Notes under the pieces: generated by a model | What the model was told of the DNA's origin: nothing | Database searches by the model: none | Seen by the model: the letters and a program-made list of their open reading frames with translations, nothing else | Shown: piece after piece, positions 13,001-23,063 of the stretch | Layout: the number at the start of each line of letters is the position of its first letter | Position numbering within the stretch: position 1 is the stretch's first letter | Position numbers and translations under genes: made by a program | Assembly (NCBI GenBank): GCA_020184695.1 | Contig: JAANOX010000011.1 | Coordinates: forward strand, 1 to 64,000 | From: Histomonas meleagridis 2922-C6/04-290x | Lineage: Eukaryota > Protista > Parabasalia | Reading direction: 5' to 3' | Length of the DNA: 64,000 nucleotides

Positions 13001-13306
13001 GTTAATTCCTTTTTGCTCAAGAAGTAATTCAGCTATTTCAACATTACCTTTTTCGGCAGCATATATCAATGCTGTTTTAAAACATTTGAGTAAACCCCAA
13101 ATAAGAACTTAAAACATCAATTAATAAAAAATAACACATTAAATAAATAAAGAAATATCTTTAGCATTTATATCTATACCTTTTTGTTCAAGTAATAATT
13201 TCACAATTTCTAAGTATCCTCGATCAGTAGCAATTATTAAAGGTGTCTTAAATCATATGAATAAATTTCAATTTATATTTTAAAACATAAAATTTTTAAA
13301 AGAAAT
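10060..13306 (-). other. Locus A array: 20 single-ankyrin modules, each preceded by a non-coding spacer
   Basis: Modules such as KTPLIIATDRGYLEIVKLLLEQKGIDINAKD and WNSLMKASEKGYTEIVQLLLQQKDIDVNTKG. D-to-T gaps: 60,81,80,26,83,80,80,80,80,26,83,63,80,80,83,80,23,83,80,80 nt. Terminal module WNAVIFAAFNRKTEIIKLLL. Confidence 0.93.
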
Positions 13307-14707
13307 TTCTTGTGAATTAACATCGATACCTTCAAGAGTAAGAACATATTTTACAAGTTCAAAATTACCTGAAAATGTGGAACATGTTAAAAGATTTTTT
13401 GGTATTTCATTTCCTTCAAGAAAATGTTTAACAAGAAACAAATTCCCGACTTTTGCTGATTCCTCTATTATGAATGCATTAATTCTTAATCCTTCATCTT
13501 CTAAAAATGAGAGAATATCAAAGTTATTATGATAAACACAACATAAAGCTAATATGTTTAAGTTATTAGTTGAAAAAACTTTGTTTTCATATAAATAATG
13601 AAAGATATTATTTTGATGGAATTGAATTGCTGTTTCATAAGGTCGTTCGAACATTGAGTGATTTTGTTCACATAAATGAATTATCTCAATATTTCCACCA
13701 GCAACTGCATATTTTCCGGTATTTTTAATGTTAGCTCCACTTAATAATAAAAATTTAAAACATTTTATTGAACCGAAAAATGCTGAATAATCAACAAGAC
13801 AAACATTTGAATTGTTAATAAATGAATATCTCTCATAAAGTGAAGGAACAATTTTTTGATTAAAATTAAATTTAAATTGTGATGATATTTCTTGTAGCTT
13901 TTCGATATCATCATTTCGAATTATTTTTGAGATTTTATCTTGATTAATTCCTTCATGTAAATATTCTTTGTGAAGTTTCCAATTATCTTTTTGAAGTTGT
14001 TTAATGTTCATGAAGAAATAATTATTAAATTTATTGTTTAAAATAGCTGAAACTTTTCTAACTTCTTCATCTGTTTTATAATGAAAAAAATGATATGATT
14101 CGATACCTTTTACTAATGAAGGTGATATTATATCTTTTTCTAGCATTTGTGATAATATATAATTTGATTCTTGTGTTTCAAGAGAAATAAGATATTTAGA
14201 AAAAATGTTAACTATTTTAGAATGATTCGGAATAATTTCTTCTTCTTTTTTATCAAGAAAATCAAGAAAATTAAAATATGTAGAAAAATCATTTCGAATT
14301 GATAAAAATGCTGTATAAATGAGCCTACAAATAATTAAATTAATTGTATAAATCATAGTTGGCTCAAGGTATTCTTGAATTGATTCAACAGATGATTCGA
14401 TATTGTTGTCTGTTAATTTGAAGATAATTTCACTGATTTTTTGTAACTTTTGTAATTGCTTTTTTTCATGTGGTACTTGTAAATTAGTATTTTCAATACT
14501 TGGTGAATCTTTGGAGCTTGTTTCTGCGTCATTTGATTCAAGATTTGACTCTTCTTCAATATCATTTTCTGAATCATATTCAATGTGAGAATCATCGAAA
14601 TAATATGGCAAAACACCATGAACACTTTCATCTGAATAATCCTCTATGCCATCATCTGAGTCATCATCTCTATAATGATTTTGCATAAAGTAATCTCGAT
14701 AACTCAT
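13280..14707 (-). CDS. Locus A head ORF: acidic N-terminus, DUF3447-type domain and first ankyrin repeats
   Basis: 475-aa ORF with IIRNDDIEKLQ, DYSAFFGSIKCFKFLLL, AVAGGNIEIIHLC, AIQFHQN; ends in the first spacer after EGIDVNSQEI. Confidence 0.9.
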   Translation of the reverse strand: MSYRDYFMQNHYRDDDSDDGIEDYSDESVHGVLPYYFDDSHIEYDSENDIEEESNLESNDAETSSKDSPSIENTNLQVPHEKKQLQKLQKISEIIFKLTDNNIESSVESIQEYLEPTMIYTINLIICRLIYTAFLSIRNDFSTYFNFLDFLDKKEEEIIPNHSKIVNIFSKYLISLETQESNYILSQMLEKDIISPSLVKGIESYHFFHYKTDEEVRKVSAILNNKFNNYFFMNIKQLQKDNWKLHKEYLHEGINQDKISKIIRNDDIEKLQEISSQFKFNFNQKIVPSLYERYSFINNSNVCLVDYSAFFGSIKCFKFLLLSGANIKNTGKYAVAGGNIEIIHLCEQNHSMFERPYETAIQFHQNNIFHYLYENKVFSTNNLNILALCCVYHNNFDILSFLEDEGLRINAFIIEESAKVGNLFLVKHFLEGNEIPKNLLTCSTFSGNFELVKYVLTLEGIDVNSQEISFKNFMF

Positions 14708-15033
14708 TATAAAGTTTCCACTGCCAGTGGTCAGACTCTGAATTTGAATGAACTTTCAGTACTGAAATTGAAAGCATGCCAAAAAAAACCATTCAAACCT
14801 TTTGTTTTGAAATTACAAAGACGATAAACGGTCGTCAACAAAAACACCATATTTTTTTGTCGTCTTAACTTCAAAAAAACATAAGTTTGGCTTGTTAACA
14901 GAAATTTGTCGATAATTATTTAAATATTTTCATCTCATAGTATTATTTAATCTCAATAATTATATAAAAGCATATTATGAAGGAAATGTTTTTTTAAAAA
15001 GAAAATGCAAAAACATATAAAATGTGTTTTTCT

Positions 15034-18000
15034 TTATTCAAATGTGACAATTACATCAGTTTGTATGCATCTATCAGTTTTTTCAGTCTTCTTTAAATCG
15101 TTTTGGTTCTTATTGTTTTGATCTTCTCGTTCAAGAAGGTATTTAACTGTTTCTAATTGTTTATTAAAAGCTGCCAAAACGAGTGCGTTCCAAAACAACC
15201 ACAAAAAACACCAAAAATATATAATAAACATTAAATTATCCAAAACAACATTATATCAACATAAAAAATATTTTTAATATTGATATCAATTCCTTCTTGT
15301 TCTGCAAGTAATTTCACTGTTTCTTGATGACCTCTTTGAGATGCAAACATTAAAGCAGTGCAAAATATTTCGTAAAAACACCAAACATTCTTATGAAACA
15401 TCAAACTTCCAAAATAAACTTTAAATAAAATTAATAAATATCTTTAGCATTAATATCAACTTTTTCTTGTTCAATAAGTACTCGAACTGTTTCTGTTTGA
15501 CCTTTTTCAGCCGCATACATAAGAATTGTCTTACCAAATATTATTATGAAATTAAAAATCATCAAAACAAATTCTAAATAATATAAATTAACATCTGTTA
15601 CGTTGATATCAATTCCTTCTTTTTCAATAAGTAATTTAATAACATCTACACGAACTCTATCAGATGCTTTCATAAGTGCATTTCTATATATTTTAAGCAA
15701 TTACCAAATTATATTTTTGATCTTTAAATACGAATAATAAACATTTTCATATATAAATAAATATTTCTTGTGTTAACATCAATTCCATCTTGTTCAAGAA
15801 GTATTTTAATGATATCAGAATTACCATTTTTAGATGCATAAATAAGTGCTGTGTTAAATAATTTGAATAATTTCCAAATATCATTTTGGAACACTAAATC
15901 ATTTTAATAAACATTTAATAGATAAAATAATCATCTTGAGCATTTGGAATAATTCCTTTTTGTTCAAGAAGGAATTTAACTATATTAGTATAACCTTTTA
16001 ATGCTGCAATTAGTAATGGCGTTTGCTATAATTTAAATAAATTCCGAATGTTTTCTTGGAACTTTAAATCATTAAAAGAAATATGATATAAATAAATACT
16101 TCGACAATTAATATCAATTCCTTCATATTCAACAAGTATTTTAATGATTTCGATGTATCCTTGTTCAGTTGCAATTGTAAGTGATGTTTTATAAGCAATC
16201 AATTAAACGCCATTAAATCAACAAAATAAACATGAAATAAAACTAATGAATGTCTTTAACATTAATATCAAGTCCTTTACATATTATAAGTATTTGAATG
16301 ATATCAATAAATCCTTGTTGAGTTGCAATTATAAATGGCGTTTGTAATAATTTATGTAAATACCAAAAATAATTTTCAAACATTCATATATTCATATATT
16401 ATTAAATGAAACACTAATTATGTAATTAAAACATTTCTTGTGTTAACATCAATTCCTTCTTGTTCTAATAATACACGAACGACTTCAGTATGTCCATTCT
16501 CTGTTGCAAAGATTAATGCATTTCGTTGTACTTAAAATAAATGACTTTTCCTGGTGAATTAACATCGATTCCTTTCTGTTCAAGTAATAATTTAACGATT
16601 TCAAGTTTACCTTTTTGTGATGCTTTCATTAATGCATTAAAATATGTTTATAATAAATACCGAGAAATGATTTTGATACCCTTTATGTTAATTAAATAAA
16701 TATCATATGCATTTATATCAATTGTTTCTTGTTCTAAAAGTAATTTAACCATTTCAACGTTATTATTCTCTACAGCATTTAATAGTAATGTTTGAGATAT
16801 TTTAATCAAATTTCAAATATCATCTTAAAACATGAAATTTTGATAATAAATTTTAAATTAAAAAGACAAATATTCTTAATATTTACATCAAGATCTTTTC
16901 GTTTAAAAAGATAATTAGCAATATCAGCATTACCACTTTCGAAAGCGTATTGAATTACTGTTTGGAATTATTTAATTAATCTCCAAATGTTATTTTGAAA
17001 TATTAAACAATTAAAACAAACATTTAATAAAGCAAACAAACATCTCGTGTATTGATATCTGTTCCTTCTAGATCAAGAAGCAAATGAGCAATTTCAAAGT
17101 TATGATTTTCTAATGCATACATAAGAGCTGTTTTAAATTATTTATATAAAATCCATTTCACCAAAACAAACATTAAATTATTTATATAAACGTTAAGTAA
17201 AACATAGAAATAGATTTATATCAATTCCTTTGAATTCAAGAATCAATTTCAATATTTCGATGTAATTTTTCTCAGCAGCTGATTGAATCAATCAATCAAA
17301 AGTGCTGTTTGAAATGTCCCATTCGAACACCAAAAATTGTTATGAAATAGTACGAAATCTTATAGATCACTATTAAACATTCTAAACAAACATTCTTAGA
17401 ATTAATATCAACACCTTTTTGTTAAAGTATTAATTTCACGACTTCGAATCGACCTTTTTCGATAGCTAAGATTAATGAATTTCTAACTTTTCTAAGGGAA
17501 TTAATTTCAATGTCTTTTTGTTCAAGTAATAATTTAACAATTTCGATGTGACCTTTATAAGATGCTTTCATTAATGCATTCCAAAATCATTTAAATAAAT
17601 TCCATATATTACAATGAAACAAAGAAACATTCAAGTAAACTTTATATTTTTTAGAAGAACATCATTACAATTGTAATCGATTCCTTCTTTTTCAAGAAGT
17701 ATTTTTGGCTATTTCAACATGACCATTTTCAGATGCCATAAAAAGTGATGTTTGAAGCAATATAAACAATTTTCAAATATTATTTTCATACATTAAATTA
17801 TTAGTTTAAACATTAAATAAAATGAAAAAGTATTCTTACAATTAAAATTCATAAATGGTTGCTCAAGAAGTAATTTAACTATTTCTGTATGACCAGTTAC
17901 ACTTGAAATCATAAGTGCTGTATAAAATCATGTGAATGAATTCCAATTTATTTAGTAAAACATCACAAAAAATAAATGTATAACTTCTTGAGCATTTATA

Positions 18001-18326
18001 TCTATTCTTTCTTGTTGAAGAAGTAATTTTATAATTTCAATGTTATTTTTATAGGATGCATACATAAAAGCAGTTAAGAACATGCTTAAAAAACTCCAAA
18101 ATTTCAATAGAAACATCAAATCATTCGAACAAACATTAAAACTAAACAACGAAAATCATCTTTAACATATTTATTCCTTCTTGACTAAGAAGTAATTTCG
18201 CGATATCAACGTAACCATAAATAGATGCTTACATAAGTGCAGTTTCAAGTCATTTAATTAAATTCCAAATGTTATAATACAATAAAAAAGTAATATAAAC
18301 ATGGAAAACAACAAGTAAACATTATC
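15034..18326 (-). other. Locus B array: 20 ankyrin modules with spacers, proximal modules damaged
   Basis: Same architecture as A. Stops or frameshifts in modules 1, 4, 6 and 7; modules 8-20 translate cleanly; terminal module WNALVLAAFNKQLETVKYLL. Confidence 0.9.
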
Positions 18327-18443
18327 TTATGCATTAACATCAAATATAAATCGCTTAAGAACATATTGAACAAATTCGATGTTTCCTGACTCTGATGCAA
18401 GTTGTAAAACATATTTTGGGTTCGGATTATATTGGAGAAAATA

Positions 18444-19720
18444 CAGGGGGGTGAAAAAGTACCCAACCCACCCCTCAAAAATGCTCAAATCTTAATATTA
18501 ACTAATTTAGTTAATGTTTTTGATTAATGTATTCACCATTGTTTCTAATGACATCTTCCAATCGGTTAATCCATTCATGGAACACCATTTTGAAGGTCTT
18601 CGAAAGTAAGATTGTCCCATATTTCTTCGATGGCACTTTTTAACTCTTATTCATTGTGAAATGATTTACCTGCGAACTTGTTTTTCGAGTATCCGAAAAA
18701 CCAGAAGTCACTTGGTGCAATATCGGGGGAATATGGCGGATGGGGTGCTCTTATTAGCCGCTTTTTTTTATACAATCAGTGGTCACTTTTGAATTATGAA
18801 TGCGACAGTTGTCCATATGAATAAACATGCCCTTAACTTTCTTTTTCTAGTACCAATTCGTCCATTTTTGACGATGCTGGATAAAATGCATCCACAAAAA
18901 TGTGTTGAATTAAATTTTAAACCTGGATCTGAAATCTTAACTGTTACAAGGCCAACACCAGTAAAGAATATTGTAACCATCCGTTTTTTTGTATTGATAC
19001 TCAACCTTGGTGTAACAGAATCTGGATTTGGTGCCCATTGAAAGGCATGATCATAATGCATATTAAACCAACTTTCATCACCAGTAATAATATTGGCAAA
19101 ATTGTTTGGTTCATCTGCCTTAAGTATCTTTAGAAGTTCTTCTGATTCTTGGACCCTTTTTAATTTTTGTTTATTAGTGAGTAAATGAGGAATCCATTTT
19201 TTTGAATATTTTTTATAATTCATTTCTAATAAGTTTCTCTTAACAACAAATTTATCAACGTGGAAAGCTTTTGCCATTACCTCGGTTGATGCATAAGGTT
19301 CATCGTTGAGAAAATTTAAAATTAATTCCTTAATATCGATTTTTGGCCTTTCACTCCTTGGGAGATCTTCGCCTGTGGTTCTACCCTCCTTCCAGCTTTT
19401 AATCCAATATTTTATTTGGGTTTCAGAGTATGCTTCCTCCTTATACGTTTCATCTAATTGCTTTTTGATTTTCCTGCAACCTTGGCCTTGTAGCATTAAA
19501 ATATGAATGACATACCTTTGCTCAATAGACATAATACCAATTATTTTAAACGTTCGAAAATTTAAACGTATATAACTTTTTACTGAATTTATATTTTTTA
19601 AAAATTTTTATATCCTTAAATACACAAGAGTTTATACTTATATATAAATACCATTTTATGTTTTAATTCATTCTTAATAAAGAATTACAGGGGTGGGTCC
19701 GGTACTTTTCCACCCCCCTG
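18444..19720 (-). mobile_element. Tc1/mariner (DD34D) DNA transposon, 1277 bp, inactive
   Basis: 32-bp TIRs (18444-18475 and 19689-19720, 3 mismatches, starting CAGGGGGGTG); TA target duplication at 18442-3 and 19721-2. Confidence 0.96.
18511..19532 (-). pseudogene. Mariner transposase pseudogene
   Basis: WIPHLL, ITGDESW, HMDN and HPPYSPDIAPSDF motifs with 34 residues between D2 and D3; ~3 frameshifts and an in-frame TAA in the catalytic half. Confidence 0.95.
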
Positions 19721-19974
19721 TAATTAAAAAGATATAAATTTCCAATTTTCTCTGTTTCATAAAAGATTTCGTCATTGACTTCTTTGCTTTCTTCTTCTAG
19801 ATAAGAAAGGATTTCATAATTTCCAGAAGATATACAGATTTGCTTTAAAGAAGGTATCAAATTTTGAAGACCGTATTTCTTAAATGTTAATGAATTCGGG
19901 TCTTTGTCCTTTTTATAATTCTTTACCTTATTCCTTGGGTTTCCAAACAACCCTGTCGGCTTATTTTTCCGCCA

Positions 19975-20290
19975 TGGTGGGTTCGGGTTCGGATTACCTT
20001 GTCTCCATGGTTGTGGGTTAGGATTTGGATTACCTTGTCTCCATGGTGGTGGATTCGGATTCGGATTTGGATTTCTTCCAAACATTGGTGGATTAGGATT
20101 AGGATTTGGATTTCTTCCAAACATTGGCGGATTAGGATTACCTTGTCTCCATGGTGGTGGATTCGGATTAGGATTTGGATTTCTTCCAAACATTGGTGGA
20201 TTAGGATTTGTTCTTAAGTCCCATGGAGTGGGATTTGCTCCAAATTGATGCGGTCTGTGCCCTGGCGGTGGATTTGGGCCCCCTGCCAAA
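19975..20290 (-). repeat. Coding Pro/Asn/Gly repeats (MFGRNPNPNPNPP, WRQGNPNP) inside head B
   Basis: 4 copies each of MFGRNPNP-like and WR(Q/K)-like units; absent from heads A and C. Confidence 0.9.
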
Positions 20291-21742
20291 CCATGTGGTA
20301 GCTGTTGATTTCTATTTCCTGGCCCATTTTGATTTTGTTGAGTGTTTCCATCAAATTTTTCCATTTTATTTTCATAAAGATATTTAAAGATATCATTTTG
20401 ATGGAATCTAATTGCTGCTTCATATGCGCCTTTAAATGTTGAATGATTTTGTTCACACAAATGAATGATTTCTTCGCTTCCACTTGCAACTGCGAATCTT
20501 CCAGTATTTTCCATTTTAGCACCATTTAACATTAAGTATCTAAAGCATTTAATTGTTGATCCAAAAAATGCTGCATAATCAATTAATGAAACATTCCATT
20601 TGTTAACATAAGAATATCTTTCATAAAGTGATGGATCAATGATTTGATTAATGTTGAAATTTTGTTGTGATGCCATTTCTTGAAGTTTTTCGTTATCATC
20701 ATTTCGAATTACTTTCGCAATTTCACTTGGATTAACTCCTTCTTCAATTAACTTCTTATGAAGCTCCCAATCATTTTTAGAAAGCTCTTCATAATTTTCT
20801 TTGAATGAATGATCGATTGGATCATTAATTTCTTTGACTTTGTTTGATCGTTTAGTACGATAATGTGCAAAAAATTTCGTTTGAATGTTTTTAGTGATAC
20901 TTTTATCAACAACATTATGCTGAATCATTTTCTCTATGAAAAAATATGGTTCTTGATTCTTCATTCTTGAGATGTAAGAACAAAATACATCAATGATCTT
21001 AGGTATGTTCTGGCTAATTTCGGTTTCTTTTGCTTGTGTCGCTTGTAAATAATTTAAGCATATATCAAAATCAGCTTTTTTTGAATAGTAAAGTGCAAAA
21101 AGTAAATTACTTATGGCGAGATTAAATGAATATGGAAAATTGATGTCAAATAATTTCATTGTTTGTTGTACTGTTAAATCAAGATTATCTTTTGTTAAGT
21201 TGAAAATAATTTCTTGAAGAGATTTTAAAGATTTCAAAGAAATTTGAAAATTAATCACGCCATTCCCAAAAAATGAAGAGTTTGGGGTTGTTTCATTTAT
21301 TTCGCTGTCCTGAGAATTACGAATCATTAAAAATTTGTGGTGGTAAATCTTTTGTCATTGTTTACAACCTGTTTTTCAAGTCTCAAAAAGTATGCAAAAA
21401 TGCCATTCGAACATTCAATTATTTGATTGACGTCATAGAATATTTTCAAAAAGGTACAAACATCCTATTTTAAAATGCTCAAAGAGATTTAATCACAAAA
21501 AATTTTTTTTTAAACCATTCATGGAAAAAAATCTCTATCCTTTTTTCTTGACAATATATTTAGCCTTATTTTCCGAATTTTCTTACTGAAAGAAATTAAG
21601 ATTTTATAAGATCCTAATTTTTGATTCAGTAAAAATATGAACAAACAATTAATTATCCAAAGCAAATCAAAGAGTGTATGCTTTGTTTCATATTGTTGTT
21701 AGTAGATAAAAAATTAAATGGAATCGATTTTTACTTTGATAT

Positions 21743-21958
21743 CTACTGGCCTGTGCAGCACTTAAGCTGATTTTCAATGAACACTAATCTTCGCTCTAGT
21801 TGTGTTAATTTCTGATTCAAATCTGCAAGACGACCACGAACATTAGAATGGAATGTGTTTAAGAAACGAACAACCCTCATCATACCAAGGGATATGTTTT
21901 GTGCGAATTCACGATTTTGAAAATCCTTTTCTACAGCAGCTCTGATTGCTTCAGACAT
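21743..21958 (-). CDS. BRK1: BRICK1/HSPC300 (WAVE complex subunit)
   Basis: 71 aa; DFQNREFAQNI...FLNTFHSNVRGRLADLNQKLTQLERRLVFIE matches the recalled BRK1 consensus. Confidence 0.9.
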   Translation of the reverse strand: MSEAIRAAVEKDFQNREFAQNISLGMMRVVRFLNTFHSNVRGRLADLNQKLTQLERRLVFIENQLKCCTGQ

Positions 21959-22281
21959 TTGTCACAATATAATTCACTAACTCTGTTCAAATGTTATGTT
22001 TTGAATACCCGCCGATGACAACCGGATTTCTTTTGCATATAATTCCTTGTTATTTTTTCCAAGAATCTTGACCAGAAAATCCAAAAACAGAATATCTGAC
22101 GAAAATATAAATTACTTTTTATTTATGCTTAAACTTTATTTAATCTTATTTAATTTAGAATAATTTCTTTTTCTCGTAAAAGAGTAATATTTGCTCACAT
22201 AGGCGCGAGGTACAATGGGGTGAACAATGTAAGAGAATCCTACCTTCGCATGAAAACTTTTTATTTGTATGTCAGATTATT

Positions 22282-22301
22282 GACGGTTTTGGTCGGCCTT
22301 T
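22282..22301 (+). promoter_or_regulatory. Trichomonad M3 (GACGGTTT) and M5 (CCTTT) core promoter motifs of RPL34
   Basis: Matches the T. vaginalis M3 consensus DRCSGYTD; CCTTT lies 5 nt before the ATG. Confidence 0.65.
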
Positions 22302-22306
22302 AACAG

Positions 22307-22681
22307 ATGGGTGACAACAGATACACTCTTCGTCGTAGTAATCCATACCACACTCTTCGTAACCGCGTTGTTCCTGTTCGTACACCAGGAAACAGGCTTG
22401 TTGCACACTACATTAAAAAGCGAGTGAAGGGAATGATATGTGGTGAAACAGGAAAACCACTTCCAGGTATCAAGCATTTACCAACAAAGAAACTTGCTAG
22501 ACTTCCAAAACATAAGCGCACTGTTTCACGTCCATATGGTGGTGTTTACTGCGCATCTGTTGTCAAAGAAAGAATTATTAATGCCTTTATGGAAGAAGAG
22601 GCTAGAGCCGCTGCTGAAAGGAAGGCTGCTGCTGAAAAGAAAGCAGCTGCTGAGAACAAAGGCAAAAAAGGTGGTAAGTAA
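22307..22681 (+). CDS. RPL34: 60S ribosomal protein L34
   Basis: RRSNPYHT...VRTPGNRLV, LPGIKHL, TVSRPYGGVYCASVVKERIINAF. Confidence 0.97.
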   Translation: MGDNRYTLRRSNPYHTLRNRVVPVRTPGNRLVAHYIKKRVKGMICGETGKPLPGIKHLPTKKLARLPKHKRTVSRPYGGVYCASVVKERIINAFMEEEARAAAERKAAAEKKAAAENKGKKGGK

Positions 22682-23063
22682 ATGCATTGATAATTACATC
22701 ATTTTTCGTTTTCATTTTGTTTCTCTTAATTTTTTGCATGTAATTATTTTAAATTAAAGTAGCCTTAAATCATATGTGTCTTTCTTACTTAATTTGTTAT
22801 ACCACTATTCTTTTTATCAATGAAGGCATTTGTTTAATTTGTCATTTTAATGTGTCACATTGTTTTGGGAATATTTCACAAATAGATTCTTGTTCAACAA
22901 ATATTTCCAATACAACAATTAATACTTTATGAAATTATAATATCTAAAGTTCTTGTTTATCAATAGTTATAATTTCACAACAATTCAATATTATAAATAC
23001 GATAAGTTTATCACCTTACTTTTAAAAACATTCATAAATTTCTATTAATCAACTAATAAAATT

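Larger units (their letters stand above)
18327..21327 (-). pseudogene. Locus B head ORF, disrupted by the mariner insertion
   Basis: Removing the element and one TA rejoins GNLYLFNY|FLQYNPNPKYVLQLASESGNIEFVQYVL in frame; homologous to head A. Confidence 0.9.

Noticed and set aside
10060-13306. Each module as an independent mini-gene started by the spacer ATG
   Set aside because: The ATG is in frame with the next module but is often mutated or followed by TTT TAA/TGA; only 2 long spacers in locus A give an open start.
10060-13306. Matched take-off/landing codons as in T4 gene 60
   Set aside because: TTT/TTT matching works for a few junctions but not consistently, so strict matched-codon bypass is not supported.
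10060-18326. Ankyrin spacers as canonical GT-AG or U12 AT-AC introns
   Set aside because: Most begin ATT/TTT after the D codon, GT is sporadic and there is no conserved terminal AG or CTAAC branch motif. AT...AC cuts give out-of-frame joins and fail for WNAL modules.
22267-22306. Possible 5' UTR intron GTATGT...TAACAG before RPL34
   Set aside because: It overlaps the M3/M5 core promoter motifs and lacks the trichomonad branch-to-AG spacing.
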